DNA of 64,000 nucleotides, taken from positions 39,058 through 103,057 of the forward strand of contig CAZWAV010000002.1 of NCBI GenBank assembly GCA_964631935.1, read 5' to 3'. Each line of letters opens with the position of its first letter. Positions within the stretch are counted from its first letter, which is position 1. The position numbers and the translations under genes were made by a program. Source of the DNA: an uncultured Candidatus Saccharibacteria bacterium (GTDB lineage: Bacteria > Patescibacteriota > Minisyncoccia > Phycocordibacterales > UBA9973). The notes beneath the pieces are model-generated. The model searched no databases. It saw nothing but the letters and a program-made list of their open reading frames with translations, and was not told the origin of the DNA. Shown here piece after piece: positions 29,485 to 39,790 of the stretch.

Positions 29485-30747
29485 TTATACAAAACTCCTA
29501 GGTATTGGATGTGCGTGAGCGAGAGTTTTGATTTTGGCTTTTATCTCAGCTTTCTTATCAGCATCATCTTTGTTCTTGAGAGTATCTATTAGAAGCTGGG
29601 CGACAATGGCACAATCTTCTTCCTTGAATCCACGAGTTGTAATAGCTGGTGTGCCGAAGCGAATCCCTGATGGATCAAGAGGTTTACGAGTATCATTTGC
29701 TATTGAGTTCATATTAAGAGTAATTCCCACTTCATCAAGAACTGTCTGAGCTTCTTTACCAGTAACTCCAATTGAGCCAAAAACATCGGCAAGTATTAGA
29801 TGATTATCGGTTCCCCCTCCAATCATACGGATATTATTATCTTTCAAAACTTTCTCCATTGCTTTGGCATTTTTCAAAACTTGCTCGGCATACACTTTAA
29901 ATTCTGGACGGAGGGCTTCACCAAAGGCAACAGCTTTAGCAGCGATAGTATGCATGTGTGGACCTCCTTGAATTCCAGGGAAAATAGATTTATCAATTTT
30001 CTTAGCAATATCCTCGTTGTCGCGAGTAAGTATCATGCCTCCACGTGGACCACGGAGAGTCTTATGAGTCGTTGTCGTAATAATATCAAAGCCAAAATCA
30101 AAGGGATTCGGAAGTGCTTTAGCAGCTATAAGCCCAGCAATGTGCGCCATATCTGCCATTGTCACTGCGCCGACTTCGCGAGCTATATCTACAAACTTCT
30201 GATAATCAAGGCTTCGTGAATACGCAGAGAATCCGGCAAGAATAATTTTCGGTTTCTTTTCAATTGCGACTTGGCGGAGGGCTTCGTAATCAATTTCGCC
30301 AGTTTCAGGATCTTTCATTTTGTAAGTCACGAAATTGTAAATTTTAGCTGGAAGAGTCATAGGGTGGCCATGAGTAAGATGCCCACCATGAGACAGGTCC
30401 ATACCAAGAACTGTGTCCCCTGGTTCAAGCAAAGCTGCATAGACGGCCAAGTTCGCAGGAGCGCCAGAGTGTGGTTGGACATTGGCGAATTTACAATTGA
30501 AAAGTTCACAGGCACGAGCAATAGCCAAACGCTCTACTTGGTCCGTAAAATCTTGTCCGCCATAGTATCTACGACCTGGGTAACCTTCGGAGTATTTATT
30601 AGTTAGAACAGACCCGTTAGCTTCACGGACAGCCATTGAAACATAATTCTCAGAAGGAATAAGCTCAAGACCATCCTCTTCACGCAATGCTTCGCCTTCT
30701 ATCGCTTTTAGTATCTCTTGGTCTTGTTGTTCTATATACATGCCCAA
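29485..30747 (-). CDS. glyA: serine hydroxymethyltransferase
   Basis: LIPSENYVS, PLP-lysine region TTTTHKTLRGPRGG; full-length 420 aa. Confidence 0.95.
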   Translation of the reverse strand: MGMYIEQQDQEILKAIEGEALREEDGLELIPSENYVSMAVREANGSVLTNKYSEGYPGRRYYGGQDFTDQVERLAIARACELFNCKFANVQPHSGAPANLAVYAALLEPGDTVLGMDLSHGGHLTHGHPMTLPAKIYNFVTYKMKDPETGEIDYEALRQVAIEKKPKIILAGFSAYSRSLDYQKFVDIAREVGAVTMADMAHIAGLIAAKALPNPFDFGFDIITTTTHKTLRGPRGGMILTRDNEDIAKKIDKSIFPGIQGGPHMHTIAAKAVAFGEALRPEFKVYAEQVLKNAKAMEKVLKDNNIRMIGGGTDNHLILADVFGSIGVTGKEAQTVLDEVGITLNMNSIANDTRKPLDPSGIRFGTPAITTRGFKEEDCAIVAQLLIDTLKNKDDADKKAEIKAKIKTLAHAHPIPRSFV

Positions 30748-30758
30748 ATTTTACCATG

Positions 30759-30786
30759 TTGAACAAGAAAGTAAAAACTGTATAAT
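30759..30786 (+). promoter_or_regulatory. sigma70-type promoter for thyA-folA
   Basis: TTGAAC, 16-nt spacer, TATAAT. The -10 ends 6 nt before the thyA ATG, giving a probable leaderless mRNA. Confidence 0.45.
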
Positions 30787-30792
30787 GAACTC

Positions 30793-31734
30793 ATGAAAGA
30801 AGACCATGTAGACCTAATTTACCTAGATCTAATCGAGCGTATAAAACGTGAAGGTGCTAAGAAGACTGACCGTACAGGCACAGGTACCCTTTCTCTCCTT
30901 GGTCATCAAATGCGTTTTGATCTATCAAAAGGTTTTCCATTACTTACAACAAAAAAGGTTCCGATTAAATCCATAATCCACGAATTGATTTGGTTTATAC
31001 GTGGAGATACAAATTTAAAATATCTAGCTGATAATAATGTCCATATATGGGATGAGTGGCCATACAAAGCATATTTAATAAAAAATAATATTGAAGTACC
31101 TAAAACAGGTAGCGATGAATGGAATTCTGGGATAAAAGAGTTTGTAGAGAAGATAAAAACAGATGAATCTTTTGCAAAAGAGTATGGCAACTTGGGTCCT
31201 ATATATGGATACCAGTGGAGAAATTGGCCAACACCAGGAGGAACACACATTGATCAATTAAAAAATGTTATTGATCAAATTAAAAAATCTCCTGACTCTC
31301 GAAGGCTTATAGTATCTGCTTGGAATGTTGCTGATATAGACGAAATGGCCAAAGCAGGACTCCCTCCATGTCACTGTCTTTTCCAGTTTTATGTAGCAGA
31401 CGGAAAACTTTCTTGTCAGCTTTATCAAAGAAGTTGTGATACTTTCCTAGGAGTACCTTTTAATATTGCATCTTATGCATTACTAACTATGATAATAGCT
31501 CAAGTCACAGGGCTATCCCTTGGTGAATTCGTCTGGACTGGTGGCGATGTACATTTATATATCAACCACTTAGAACAAGCCGATTTGCAATTATCCCGTA
31601 AAGATGACATCCGCCCAATGCCAAAAATGAAGATTAACCTTGAAAAGAAGAATATTGAAGATTTTGTAGTTGAAGATTTTGAACTCATTGATTACAATCC
31701 CCATGATGCAATTAAAGCTCCAATAGCCGTATAG
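30793..31734 (+). CDS. thyA: thymidylate synthase (ThyA type, long form)
   Basis: [26 protein letters not shown]; catalytic [11 protein letters not shown]; DVHLY..H. Confidence 0.9.
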   Translation: MKEDHVDLIYLDLIERIKREGAKKTDRTGTGTLSLLGHQMRFDLSKGFPLLTTKKVPIKSIIHELIWFIRGDTNLKYLADNNVHIWDEWPYKAYLIKNNIEVPKTGSDEWNSGIKEFVEKIKTDESFAKEYGNLGPIYGYQWRNWPTPGGTHIDQLKNVIDQIKKSPDSRRLIVSAWNVADIDEMAKAGLPPCHCLFQFYVADGKLSCQLYQRSCDTFLGVPFNIASYALLTMIIAQVTGLSLGEFVWTGGDVHLYINHLEQADLQLSRKDDIRPMPKMKINLEKKNIEDFVVEDFELIDYNPHDAIKAPIAV

Positions 31735-31736
31735 AT

Positions 31737-32258
31737 ATGATTATTTCTCTCATAGCTGCGGTAGCAAAAAACGGTGTCATTGGTGGAGGTAATACTCTGC
31801 TTTGGAATTTACCAGCTGATATGAAGCATTTTCGTGATAAAACTCGCGGACATACCGTCATCATGGGGCGCAAAACATACGAGAGTATTGGTAGACCTCT
31901 TCCAGACAGGAAAAATATTGTTATCACTAGAGATACTAATTATTACCGTGACGATATAGATGTCGTGAATTCATTAGAAGATGCATTGCGACTAGCTTCA
32001 CTTGAGCAAGGAAAAGAATTTGAAGAGAATCAAGATGAGGTAGAAGTTTTTGTTATTGGTGGTGGAGAAATATATAAACAAGCCATCGAAAAAGCCAATA
32101 AGCTGTACATCACTGAAGTCCACCAGGATTTCGACGGCGATACATTATTCCCTCATATAGATAAAACTATGTGGGAAGAGATAAAAAGAGAAGACCTTAA
32201 GCCTGACGAAAAGAATAATGTGCCGTATTCATTCATAGAATATAAAAAAACCGCCTAA
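31737..32258 (+). CDS. folA: dihydrofolate reductase
   Basis: IISLIAAVAKNGVIG...LPW...D...F...T.GH.VIMGRKTY. Confidence 0.9.
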   Translation: MIISLIAAVAKNGVIGGGNTLLWNLPADMKHFRDKTRGHTVIMGRKTYESIGRPLPDRKNIVITRDTNYYRDDIDVVNSLEDALRLASLEQGKEFEENQDEVEVFVIGGGEIYKQAIEKANKLYITEVHQDFDGDTLFPHIDKTMWEEIKREDLKPDEKNNVPYSFIEYKKTA

Positions 32259-32270
32259 GCGGTTTTTTTA
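32244..32270. terminator. bidirectional hairpin terminator
   Basis: aaaaaaaccgcctaagcggttttttt; overlaps the stop codons of both convergent genes. Confidence 0.6.
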
Positions 32271-32597
32271 TTGATCATCACTAGTTTTGACTCTAATAAA
32301 TATATCTTTTCCGTCAGGAGATTTAGATTTAATATATTTACGATTCTTATTAATCTCAACTTTTCTTACAAGTTCTTTCTCAAGATCATAATTTAGAATT
32401 TCACACATGCCAAGCAAAAAGATAAGTACATCAGCAAGTTCTTCAGCGACACCCTCTTGGCTTTTACTAAATTTCGAAAACGCTTCAGAAAGTTCTTCAT
32501 GGGCACGGCAAAACTCTAGAGCAACATCTGTCGTATTGAATCCTTTCTCGATCTTATTTCTCATTACTTCTTTTTGTAATTCTTTTAGGTCTACCAT
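32268..32597 (-). CDS. MazG-like nucleotide pyrophosphohydrolase
   Basis: 109 aa all-alpha; EELSEA...EELADVLIFLL acidic motif typical of the MazG/NTP-PPase fold. Confidence 0.6.
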   Translation of the reverse strand: MVDLKELQKEVMRNKIEKGFNTTDVALEFCRAHEELSEAFSKFSKSQEGVAEELADVLIFLLGMCEILNYDLEKELVRKVEINKNRKYIKSKSPDGKDIFIRVKTSDDQ

Positions 32598-32600
32598 ATA

Positions 32601-33104
32601 TTATTGATCTTTGTAAGACTCAACTTCGTTATTAATAATAACTAATTCAATACCAGCAGTTTTGAAAATGTCTTTTGATCTTTTTGACGCATGATAATCT
32701 TTTATGGCTACAATACGAACAATACCAGCATTTATTATTATCTTTGCACAAATATAACAAGGAACCATTTTAGAATAGAGAGTTGAACCTTCAAGAGCAA
32801 CACCAGAACGTGCAGCATTGGCAATTGCATTCTGTTCACAGTGAGCAGTTCGTACACAATGCTTTGATACGGTACCATCTTCATTTGTCACAGTATGCAT
32901 CTCATGACCGACTTGGTCACAATGAGGAAGTCCTACAGGAGATCCTACATAACCAGTAGATAGAATTCTTTTGTTCTTAGTTATAACAGTTCCAGCTCGT
33001 CCTCGATCACAAGTACCCCTAGAACCAACTAGTTCAGCCATTTGCAAGAAATATTCATCCCAAGATGGTCTTTCGTATGTACTCTTTTCTTCGTTATCTG
33101 ACAT
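32601..33104 (-). CDS. deoxycytidylate (dCMP) deaminase
   Basis: Zinc motifs HAEQNAI and PCYICAKII; 167 aa. Confidence 0.85.
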   Translation of the reverse strand: MSDNEEKSTYERPSWDEYFLQMAELVGSRGTCDRGRAGTVITKNKRILSTGYVGSPVGLPHCDQVGHEMHTVTNEDGTVSKHCVRTAHCEQNAIANAARSGVALEGSTLYSKMVPCYICAKIIINAGIVRIVAIKDYHASKRSKDIFKTAGIELVIINNEVESYKDQ

Positions 33105-33140
33105 AGACCAATTATATGCTGTTTATATTAATAAGCAAAA

Positions 33141-34460
33141 TTATAGATTATCCGGTGCCACTTCAAGCTTTAGTGTAACTATTTTCTCAACACCCTTAGA
33201 TAAGACTCTCATGTTTATAGTATCACCCACCTTTTTGTAACGTACTAGCGATGCGAAGTCATTATCCGAATTGATTTTTGTTCCATCAATTTCAAGAATA
33301 ATATCATTCTCTACAATGCCTGCTTTATTTGCGGGAGACCCAGGAATAACAGCGAGGTCTGTAGCCGTAGCACCTCTTGAAACCAAGATACCGTAATCAA
33401 CACTTAAATTATTTTTTGCTTTTAGTTCAGGTGTAATATTTGTGTATCTTATGCCTATGTATGGTCGTTCAATCTTACCAGTTTTAATAACTGAATTAAT
33501 TGCACTTTTTACACTATTTATTGGTAGAGCAAATCCCACATTTGAAGAACCTTGAACGACAGCTACATTGATACCAATAACATCACCCTTGAGGTTCAAC
33601 AGAGGTCCACCGGAGTTCCCTGGATTAATAGCTGCATCGGTTTGAATAACTTTATCTAATCTTTCTGACTGACCAGAATTATCCCCTGCTGTAATAGAGC
33701 GAGATAGCCCTGATACAACTCCCACAGATACAGTGTTTTTAAATTCACCAAGTGCATTACCGATAGCGATAACACTTTCTCCTACATCAAGAGTATCTGA
33801 ATCACCTAAATTAAGATAAGGTAATCCTGAAGTGCTGATTTTGATAAGAGCGACATCGAGTACTCCATCACGAGCTAGAACTTTTGCTGTATATTTCTTT
33901 CCATTGTTTAACATAACTTCATATATAGCATCTGCGTCAGCGACAACATGTCTATTGGTAACAATTAATCCATCAGAAGAAATTAGGAACCCTGAACCAC
34001 TACCAATCTGTTTTCTCTCTGTACCATTTTGTTTATATATTGGTGTTTGGAAGAATCCTGGAAATAAGTTACCAAATGGGTCAGAAGCACCACTATCTTG
34101 CTGATACGAAACATCATACTTTGGAACATCTTTGCTTATTATTATAGACACGACAGCTGGTTTAGCTTTTTTAACAGCTCCGACTACTGTATCTTCTGTT
34201 TGAACCGATGCAATAGCAGAATTGGATATGTTATCTTCTTTTGTCTTTGAATCAAAAACAAGACTTGAAGTTTCTGGTTTATTAATAGCTGTAAATTCAG
34301 TAGCAAGTACTCTAAAAATCTTGGCACGATAATACCAAGCAAAACCAAAAATTATACCTAGAGTAACTAATATAGTCAGAAAGCTAACAATGACTGTTTT
34401 GACAAGTGAATCATTAAACATCTCTTTAATTTTCTTTATATTTAAGTTTGAATTTTCCAT
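33141..34460 (-). CDS. HtrA/DegP-family serine protease with PDZ domain
   Basis: N-terminal TM; trypsin-like catalytic GNSGGPLLN; C-terminal PDZ. Confidence 0.85.
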   Translation of the reverse strand: MENSNLNIKKIKEMFNDSLVKTVIVSFLTILVTLGIIFGFAWYYRAKIFRVLATEFTAINKPETSSLVFDSKTKEDNISNSAIASVQTEDTVVGAVKKAKPAVVSIIISKDVPKYDVSYQQDSGASDPFGNLFPGFFQTPIYKQNGTERKQIGSGSGFLISSDGLIVTNRHVVADADAIYEVMLNNGKKYTAKVLARDGVLDVALIKISTSGLPYLNLGDSDTLDVGESVIAIGNALGEFKNTVSVGVVSGLSRSITAGDNSGQSERLDKVIQTDAAINPGNSGGPLLNLKGDVIGINVAVVQGSSNVGFALPINSVKSAINSVIKTGKIERPYIGIRYTNITPELKAKNNLSVDYGILVSRGATATDLAVIPGSPANKAGIVENDIILEIDGTKINSDNDFASLVRYKKVGDTINMRVLSKGVEKIVTLKLEVAPDNL

Positions 34461-34526
34461 AAATTTTGCTTGTAAATTATGATAACACTAATAATTTTAG
34501 ACAAATAAAACAGGTTGTCAATAACA

Positions 34527-35153
34527 CTACCTGAGCACGAAAAAACCAAGAATCATAGCGGTAAAATTAAGAATTGTATGTGATGCAGATATTAGGATGA
34601 GGTTTGGGTATTTGTAGTACATCCAAGCAAAACCTACACCACCTATGAATGTCAGAGGTAATACAACAACACCATTTAAATAAATAATATGAATGAGTGC
34701 GAAGACAGAAGCATTTAGAGCAACAATGAAAATAGGGTTCGAAAAAGCTCTGCGTAAGAAATTCATCAAGACTCCGCGAAAAATAATTTCTTGTAAAACA
34801 CTTATAGGTACAAATAACAAAAGAAATCTTACATCTTCCCACCATTCATAATACTCCTTTGTCTTTGGTCCAGGCGATATCTTTGATATCCAAACTATGA
34901 AACCAATACCGGCTAGAGTAAATAATGCGTAAGGGAGAACATCTTTTAGATAGTTCTTTTTAATTCCCAGATCGTGATATGTCCAATTCTCTCTCTTTAT
35001 AATACCGTAGATTAGTAATGAAATACCAAAAAGAAGTATTATATTAAACCGGTCAGGTATAACTTGGTAGTACAAGAGTAAAGTGGGTATAACGTAAAGA
35101 TATAGTATCTGAGCCAGAACCAATTCTTTTTCGTGACGATTTGTATTATCCAT
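34527..35153 (-). CDS. CPBP-family (CAAX) intramembrane metalloprotease
   Basis: EEIIFRGVLMNFL (EExxxR) and FALIH motifs; multi-pass membrane protein. Confidence 0.7.
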   Translation of the reverse strand: MDNTNRHEKELVLAQILYLYVIPTLLLYYQVIPDRFNIILLFGISLLIYGIIKRENWTYHDLGIKKNYLKDVLPYALFTLAGIGFIVWISKISPGPKTKEYYEWWEDVRFLLLFVPISVLQEIIFRGVLMNFLRRAFSNPIFIVALNASVFALIHIIYLNGVVVLPLTFIGGVGFAWMYYKYPNLILISASHTILNFTAMILGFFVLR

Positions 35154-35176
35154 ACTTCTACTATACTATAGTATAT

Positions 35177-36823
35177 ATGCTAAAACTCAAATATTTATTA
35201 ATTCTCATAATTTCTATTGCTCTATTTAATAAAGCAGAGGCTTTGGATATACAATACGGCACAATAATTAGTACGAAGGGATCTGATATATTGGTGCAAT
35301 ACTACGGCATTGAAAAAAAGCAAAATTTTATATGTAGTACAGTCACAACCAAGTGCTCTCCTACTAAAAAAGTAACCCTCGGAATACCTCCAACTAATAC
35401 AATACCCCAATCTCTTCGAACTGAGCTTGAGGAAAAGCACGCAAACCACATAACACTTTCCCCTTCTAAAGAATTACTAGCTTACTATATAGGTGGAACA
35501 GATGAATTACCTGGACGTACATTTACAATAAGAAATATTGCAACAAAAAAAGAGTACACTGTATCGAGCAGTGTATCGTATTGGGATTTGGTAGAAGACG
35601 AAGGTCGTGTTTTTGCTTTTTCACCAGATAGCAAGAAGCTTGCTTACCTCGATGACCGTGAGGGACAACTTTCTTTATATCTTGTAGATACAACCAAACT
35701 AGATGGTGAGACAATATCAAGCACCAAGCTTCCTACTACGGCATTCCAGATAGATGATTTTATTTTTAGCGACAACGATACTCTTTATTATGTAGGAAAC
35801 ACTAAAGACAATAATTATAAGTGGTCTCTGTATAGATACAACATGAAAACTGGAAAAGATTTGATTCTTGATTCTTTTGTTTCATATACTGACCCTCTGA
35901 TTAAGATTGGTGGATCTATCGTATACAATCACTTACAGAAAAATGGATATAGCCCAAAAATGTACAACTTGGCAACAAAAAAAGTTTTACAATTTAAAAC
36001 TCCTTATGTAAGTACCAACAAAGCTATAGATACCCAGGAGATTGTAAAAATAGGACAATCACAAGGAATATTAATGAAACCCAAAAAAGAAGATTCAAAA
36101 GAGGGCTACCCACTTATCATATGGCTCCATGGTGGACCATATCGTCAGACAAGTTATGGATATCATCCATTTCATAGTTACGGTATTTATGATGGTATAC
36201 TGAGTCTTTTGCAAAAAAATAACGTAGTTATACTAAAACTCGATTACAGAGGGAGTCTCGGTTTCGGCCGTGCTTACGCTGAAGGAATTAAAGGCAATGT
36301 TGGTAAAGGAGATGTAGACGATGTTATGAGCGCAATAGCTTACGCCCAAAAAAGGTACAACATTAAGAATGTTTACTTGGCTGGTAATAGTTATGGTGGA
36401 TATTTATCACTCAGTACCCTCGCACAATACCCTCAAGGTCTATCGGGTATAATTTCTATCAATGGAGTTACTGACTGGGAGAGCTTATTAGTAAAAATGA
36501 AGACTTCCATATTTAATACAGAATTCAATGGCTTACCAACAGAGAGTAATCGTGCTTTATATGATCAAGCTTCTATCTACAATAAGATAAGTAATATAGG
36601 TGACCAGAAAATAAAAATTATTGCGGGTGAAGCAGATCGAACTATTCCTATATGGCAAGCAACAGACCTTTATCTTAAATTAAAAGAGCAAAACAAGAAT
36701 GTTTCGATTGTAGAATACAGAGGTGAAGACCATGTTTATAAAGAAAAGAAAACCATTCAAGACCTCTGCGGACAAATGTTTGACTTTGTTGGACTATTGA
36801 TAGATAAAGAATGCAAAAGCTAA
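35177..36823 (+). CDS. S9-family serine peptidase (prolyl oligopeptidase/DPP-like) with N-terminal beta-propeller
   Basis: Signal peptide MLKLKYLLILIISIALFNKAEA; WLHGGPYRQTS; nucleophile elbow GNSYGGYLS; catalytic D and H near the C-terminus. Confidence 0.8.
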   Translation: MLKLKYLLILIISIALFNKAEALDIQYGTIISTKGSDILVQYYGIEKKQNFICSTVTTKCSPTKKVTLGIPPTNTIPQSLRTELEEKHANHITLSPSKELLAYYIGGTDELPGRTFTIRNIATKKEYTVSSSVSYWDLVEDEGRVFAFSPDSKKLAYLDDREGQLSLYLVDTTKLDGETISSTKLPTTAFQIDDFIFSDNDTLYYVGNTKDNNYKWSLYRYNMKTGKDLILDSFVSYTDPLIKIGGSIVYNHLQKNGYSPKMYNLATKKVLQFKTPYVSTNKAIDTQEIVKIGQSQGILMKPKKEDSKEGYPLIIWLHGGPYRQTSYGYHPFHSYGIYDGILSLLQKNNVVILKLDYRGSLGFGRAYAEGIKGNVGKGDVDDVMSAIAYAQKRYNIKNVYLAGNSYGGYLSLSTLAQYPQGLSGIISINGVTDWESLLVKMKTSIFNTEFNGLPTESNRALYDQASIYNKISNIGDQKIKIIAGEADRTIPIWQATDLYLKLKEQNKNVSIVEYRGEDHVYKEKKTIQDLCGQMFDFVGLLIDKECKS

Positions 36824-36830
36824 GCAATTA

Positions 36831-37346
36831 TTAGTTACTATTGAGTGGAATTGTCTCTTTATTTAAACTATTGATTGGATTAGGTGTAATTCGTATAAGC
36901 TTTGCTTCTATTTGGCCTGTTTTATTTGGAGAACCAATAACCACAACAAAGCTACCCACCGCGAGGTCAGATATTGTGCCGTCCCCATCGATTTTTCTTA
37001 TTTTAGTATTATCGTTTATAAGTACAACTTTTTCTGTATTATCTTTATCAAGAACTATAAGAGTTGGTAATTCGGCTTTTATTATCTCACCTATTGCTCC
37101 ATGAGCATTTGGTAGACGGTCATACATACCACCCATCATAAGAGAACCTCGGTGCATAGTACCAAAATTATTTTCATAATTATCATCCCAGTCACGACCA
37201 AATGAAGCCTTGTGGAACCCAACAAATACTCCAGCCTGGAAAAGGAGAGCAGCTACAACCACCACGCCAATAACAGAAACTGTCTTTTTTACAGTTTTTG
37301 CATCTGATAAATCTTTTATTTTGTTTTTTATTTCTTCTTTGTTCAT
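36831..37346 (-). CDS. membrane-anchored hypothetical protein
   Basis: 171 aa, single N-terminal TM, extracytoplasmic beta-rich domain. Confidence 0.4.
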   Translation of the reverse strand: MNKEEIKNKIKDLSDAKTVKKTVSVIGVVVVAALLFQAGVFVGFHKASFGRDWDDNYENNFGTMHRGSLMMGGMYDRLPNAHGAIGEIIKAELPTLIVLDKDNTEKVVLINDNTKIRKIDGDGTISDLAVGSFVVVIGSPNKTGQIEAKLIRITPNPINSLNKETIPLNSN

Positions 37347-37353
37347 AATATTT

Positions 37354-37752
37354 TTATGCTAATGATAGTTGATTTTTAAATTGCTTAAGAGTGCGTCGTA
37401 TTGAAATAAATAAAATAAACACGGCAAGCAACGAAAGAACAATACTAGTTATAGGCAAGGAGTCAGCCAAAGACAATGCGAATTCGCGCCAATATGTAGC
37501 GACAGATCCACTCTCTGAAAAAGCGAGAGATAGATATTCATAGAATCCTGATTGGGAAAACTTTAACATTAGATCTTTAATAGAAATAACCAATCCAAAC
37601 AAAGACAAGACACCAAGGATACCATAGCTCCAGGATTTTATCAGGTATTCTTGTTTTTCACGATGAATAACGAGAGACCATACTTGCTCTTTAAGATCCC
37701 CTTCTGGGTAATCTTTTATGTCTTTTAGTAATTTATTTAATGGCTGTTCCAC
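37354..37752 (-). CDS. hypothetical membrane protein
   Basis: 132 aa, N-terminal soluble segment plus two TM helices. Confidence 0.4.
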   Translation of the reverse strand: MEQPLNKLLKDIKDYPEGDLKEQVWSLVIHREKQEYLIKSWSYGILGVLSLFGLVISIKDLMLKFSQSGFYEYLSLAFSESGSVATYWREFALSLADSLPITSIVLSLLAVFILFISIRRTLKQFKNQLSLA

Positions 37753-37792
37753 GATGGTATATACGCTTAAAATATTGTATTTGGTGCAGTAA

Positions 37793-38428
37793 TTAGCTTG
37801 AGAAAAAATTATAGTCTTTTTTGAAAAGAAACATAGCTATATGAAAGATTGTATATGTAATAAAGAATGCAGATAGAACATCTATAGAGTAGTGTAAGTG
37901 GGCCATAAGAACAACAGCTCCGAACATCACAGATGTGGCAATAAATATCCATCTTAGATACTTATTTTTCCAAAAAACCAGGGCCATTAAAAATGGTAAT
38001 CCTGTGTGACCAGAGAAAAATAAATCACCACCAAAAGCAAACTTATCCATAAACTTGCTCGCTTCTAAGACGGCCTGTGTGGGAAATGGGCCGATGTGCG
38101 TAAGACTTATAAACATAGCACGAATAACAGTGAAGAGAGCTATGCTTTTTAGTGTAAATGGTATTCTTTTTGGCTCTAATAATAAAAGACCCGCGACAAA
38201 AGACCAGAAGAAAATAGGACCGTAGATAAATATATTATCTACATCGTAAACTCTGATATTTGAAAGAATTATATCTGTAACAGAATTACTTGCATTCTCG
38301 GTTGCATAAGACCCAGCATAGAAATTAATTATCAAACTTATAAATAACAATAAAAAAGCTGCCCCGAGAGACACAAGAAATGCTCTATCGCTTAAATGTA
38401 ATTTTGTTTTCTGTATCCAACTATTCAT
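37793..38428 (-). CDS. PAP2-superfamily membrane phosphatase-like protein
   Basis: Multi-TM; FFSGHTGLPF and AHLHYSIDVL resemble PAP2 motifs 2 and 3. Confidence 0.45.
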   Translation of the reverse strand: MNSWIQKTKLHLSDRAFLVSLGAAFLLLFISLIINFYAGSYATENASNSVTDIILSNIRVYDVDNIFIYGPIFFWSFVAGLLLLEPKRIPFTLKSIALFTVIRAMFISLTHIGPFPTQAVLEASKFMDKFAFGGDLFFSGHTGLPFLMALVFWKNKYLRWIFIATSVMFGAVVLMAHLHYSIDVLSAFFITYTIFHIAMFLFKKDYNFFSS

Positions 38429-38477
38429 AGATGTGTGTCTTTATATTATACGATAAAATATAAGCTTTGGTGCAAAA

Positions 38478-39197
38478 TTATCTTATCTCTTCCCATTCTT
38501 TACTTGCTGATTTCTTAAAAAATACTGTTGAGAGATTGTTCATAGCCCATTGGGTAAGTAACTTCGGCCATCCAACTGCATGCCCTCTCCTTCCAGTATG
38601 ATAGACAGTTAGATTAGGGTTGAAATATGTCCTACCAATTTTGCGCAGTCTTCTAAACATATCATAATCCTCCCCTGCTGCAAGTGTCGGATTAAAACCT
38701 CTTACGTCATTGAAGGCTTTTACTCTTATCATTTGGAACTCACCAGGAGAAGCGCCAATTCCAAAATAATTATTCAATACTTTATGCATAAAGTTCATAT
38801 ATGAAAAGACAGCCCTATCAGCCCACGTTGCCATTTCAGGGAAAACTCTAATATTCACAGTCATAGCAACTAAGTTCGGATCTCTTTCAAATGGTAACAA
38901 TGATTTTGGGAAAAATAGATTAATATCTGGAATATATATATCAGCATCTAAAAACACCAGAAAATCTCCATGTGAAATAGCAGCTCCGTCATTTCGACCA
39001 GATGCTATTGTCGGACGGTTTGCTCCTTGATGTATAGCTATAAGGTCGGTGTACTTCTTTGCAATTAAAATAGTAGAGTCAGAACTTTTACCATCTCCTA
39101 TAATTATTTCGTGTGGTTTTTTGTATTCAGAAAGGCACTTGAGTGTCTTCTCAATAATCTTCTCTTCGTTTTTAGTTGGTATTACAAATGAAATCAT
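38478..39197 (-). CDS. family 2 glycosyltransferase (polyprenyl-phosphate sugar transferase-like)
   Basis: ISFVIPTKNEE, DGKSSDST, FLDADIY (DxD). Confidence 0.8.
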   Translation of the reverse strand: MISFVIPTKNEEKIIEKTLKCLSEYKKPHEIIIGDGKSSDSTILIAKKYTDLIAIHQGANRPTIASGRNDGAAISHGDFLVFLDADIYIPDINLFFPKSLLPFERDPNLVAMTVNIRVFPEMATWADRAVFSYMNFMHKVLNNYFGIGASPGEFQMIRVKAFNDVRGFNPTLAAGEDYDMFRRLRKIGRTYFNPNLTVYHTGRRGHAVGWPKLLTQWAMNNLSTVFFKKSASKEWEEIR

Positions 39198-39787
39198 AGG
39201 TGGGCAATTTTATTTTTCATATATTTTGAAAATTTATTAATACCTAAAGCAATTACTACAACCCAAAAGATTATAAAGAATACTTTCAGACTAGCAGGGA
39301 TTGATACATATAAATGACCAAAGAAATATCCTATAGCAAGCATCCAGGCCACAAAAGCAATCTCCCCTACAATATTTAGGAACATGTACTTCTTAAACGA
39401 CACTCTGGTTGCACCAGCAGCCATCAGTATAGCAAGCGCCATACCGAAACCCATAGTTATCTTTGAAATTATTAATATTCTGGTGTGATATTTATGGAAA
39501 AGTTCTTTAGCTTTTTCAAACAGCTCAGGTGTAATAGACATGAATCTACCATGCCTGCTTAGTATTGGGCCTGCAATATAATAACCAACACCGTACCAAA
39601 TAACGTCTCCGACTAAATCACCAAGTGTTATAGCTATAAAGGATGGAAATAAATCTAGGAAACCATTGTGAATAAGAAATCCAGAAGCCACCATTATTAC
39701 AGGCCCTTCAATTATAGTACCGACAAAAAGTACAATATATTTCAAGCTGGAAAGAAAGATTATCGCGTTATGTATGAATAGTGACAT
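39194..39787 (-). CDS. DedA/VTT-family membrane protein
   Basis: 197 aa; F.G..IEGP... / GDL.GD..WY.GY motif region characteristic of DedA. Confidence 0.7.
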   Translation of the reverse strand: MSLFIHNAIIFLSSLKYIVLFVGTIIEGPVIMVASGFLIHNGFLDLFPSFIAITLGDLVGDVIWYGVGYYIAGPILSRHGRFMSITPELFEKAKELFHKYHTRILIISKITMGFGMALAILMAAGATRVSFKKYMFLNIVGEIAFVAWMLAIGYFFGHLYVSIPASLKVFFIIFWVVVIALGINKFSKYMKNKIAHL

Positions 39788-39790
39788 ATA

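Noticed and set aside
27088-33104. Thymidylate gene block as an integrated prophage fragment
   Set aside because: No integrase, terminase, capsid, tail or other phage genes, no att-like repeats, and the block is interleaved with glyA and flanked by core aaRS genes. It is kept only as a weak evolutionary hypothesis in findings.
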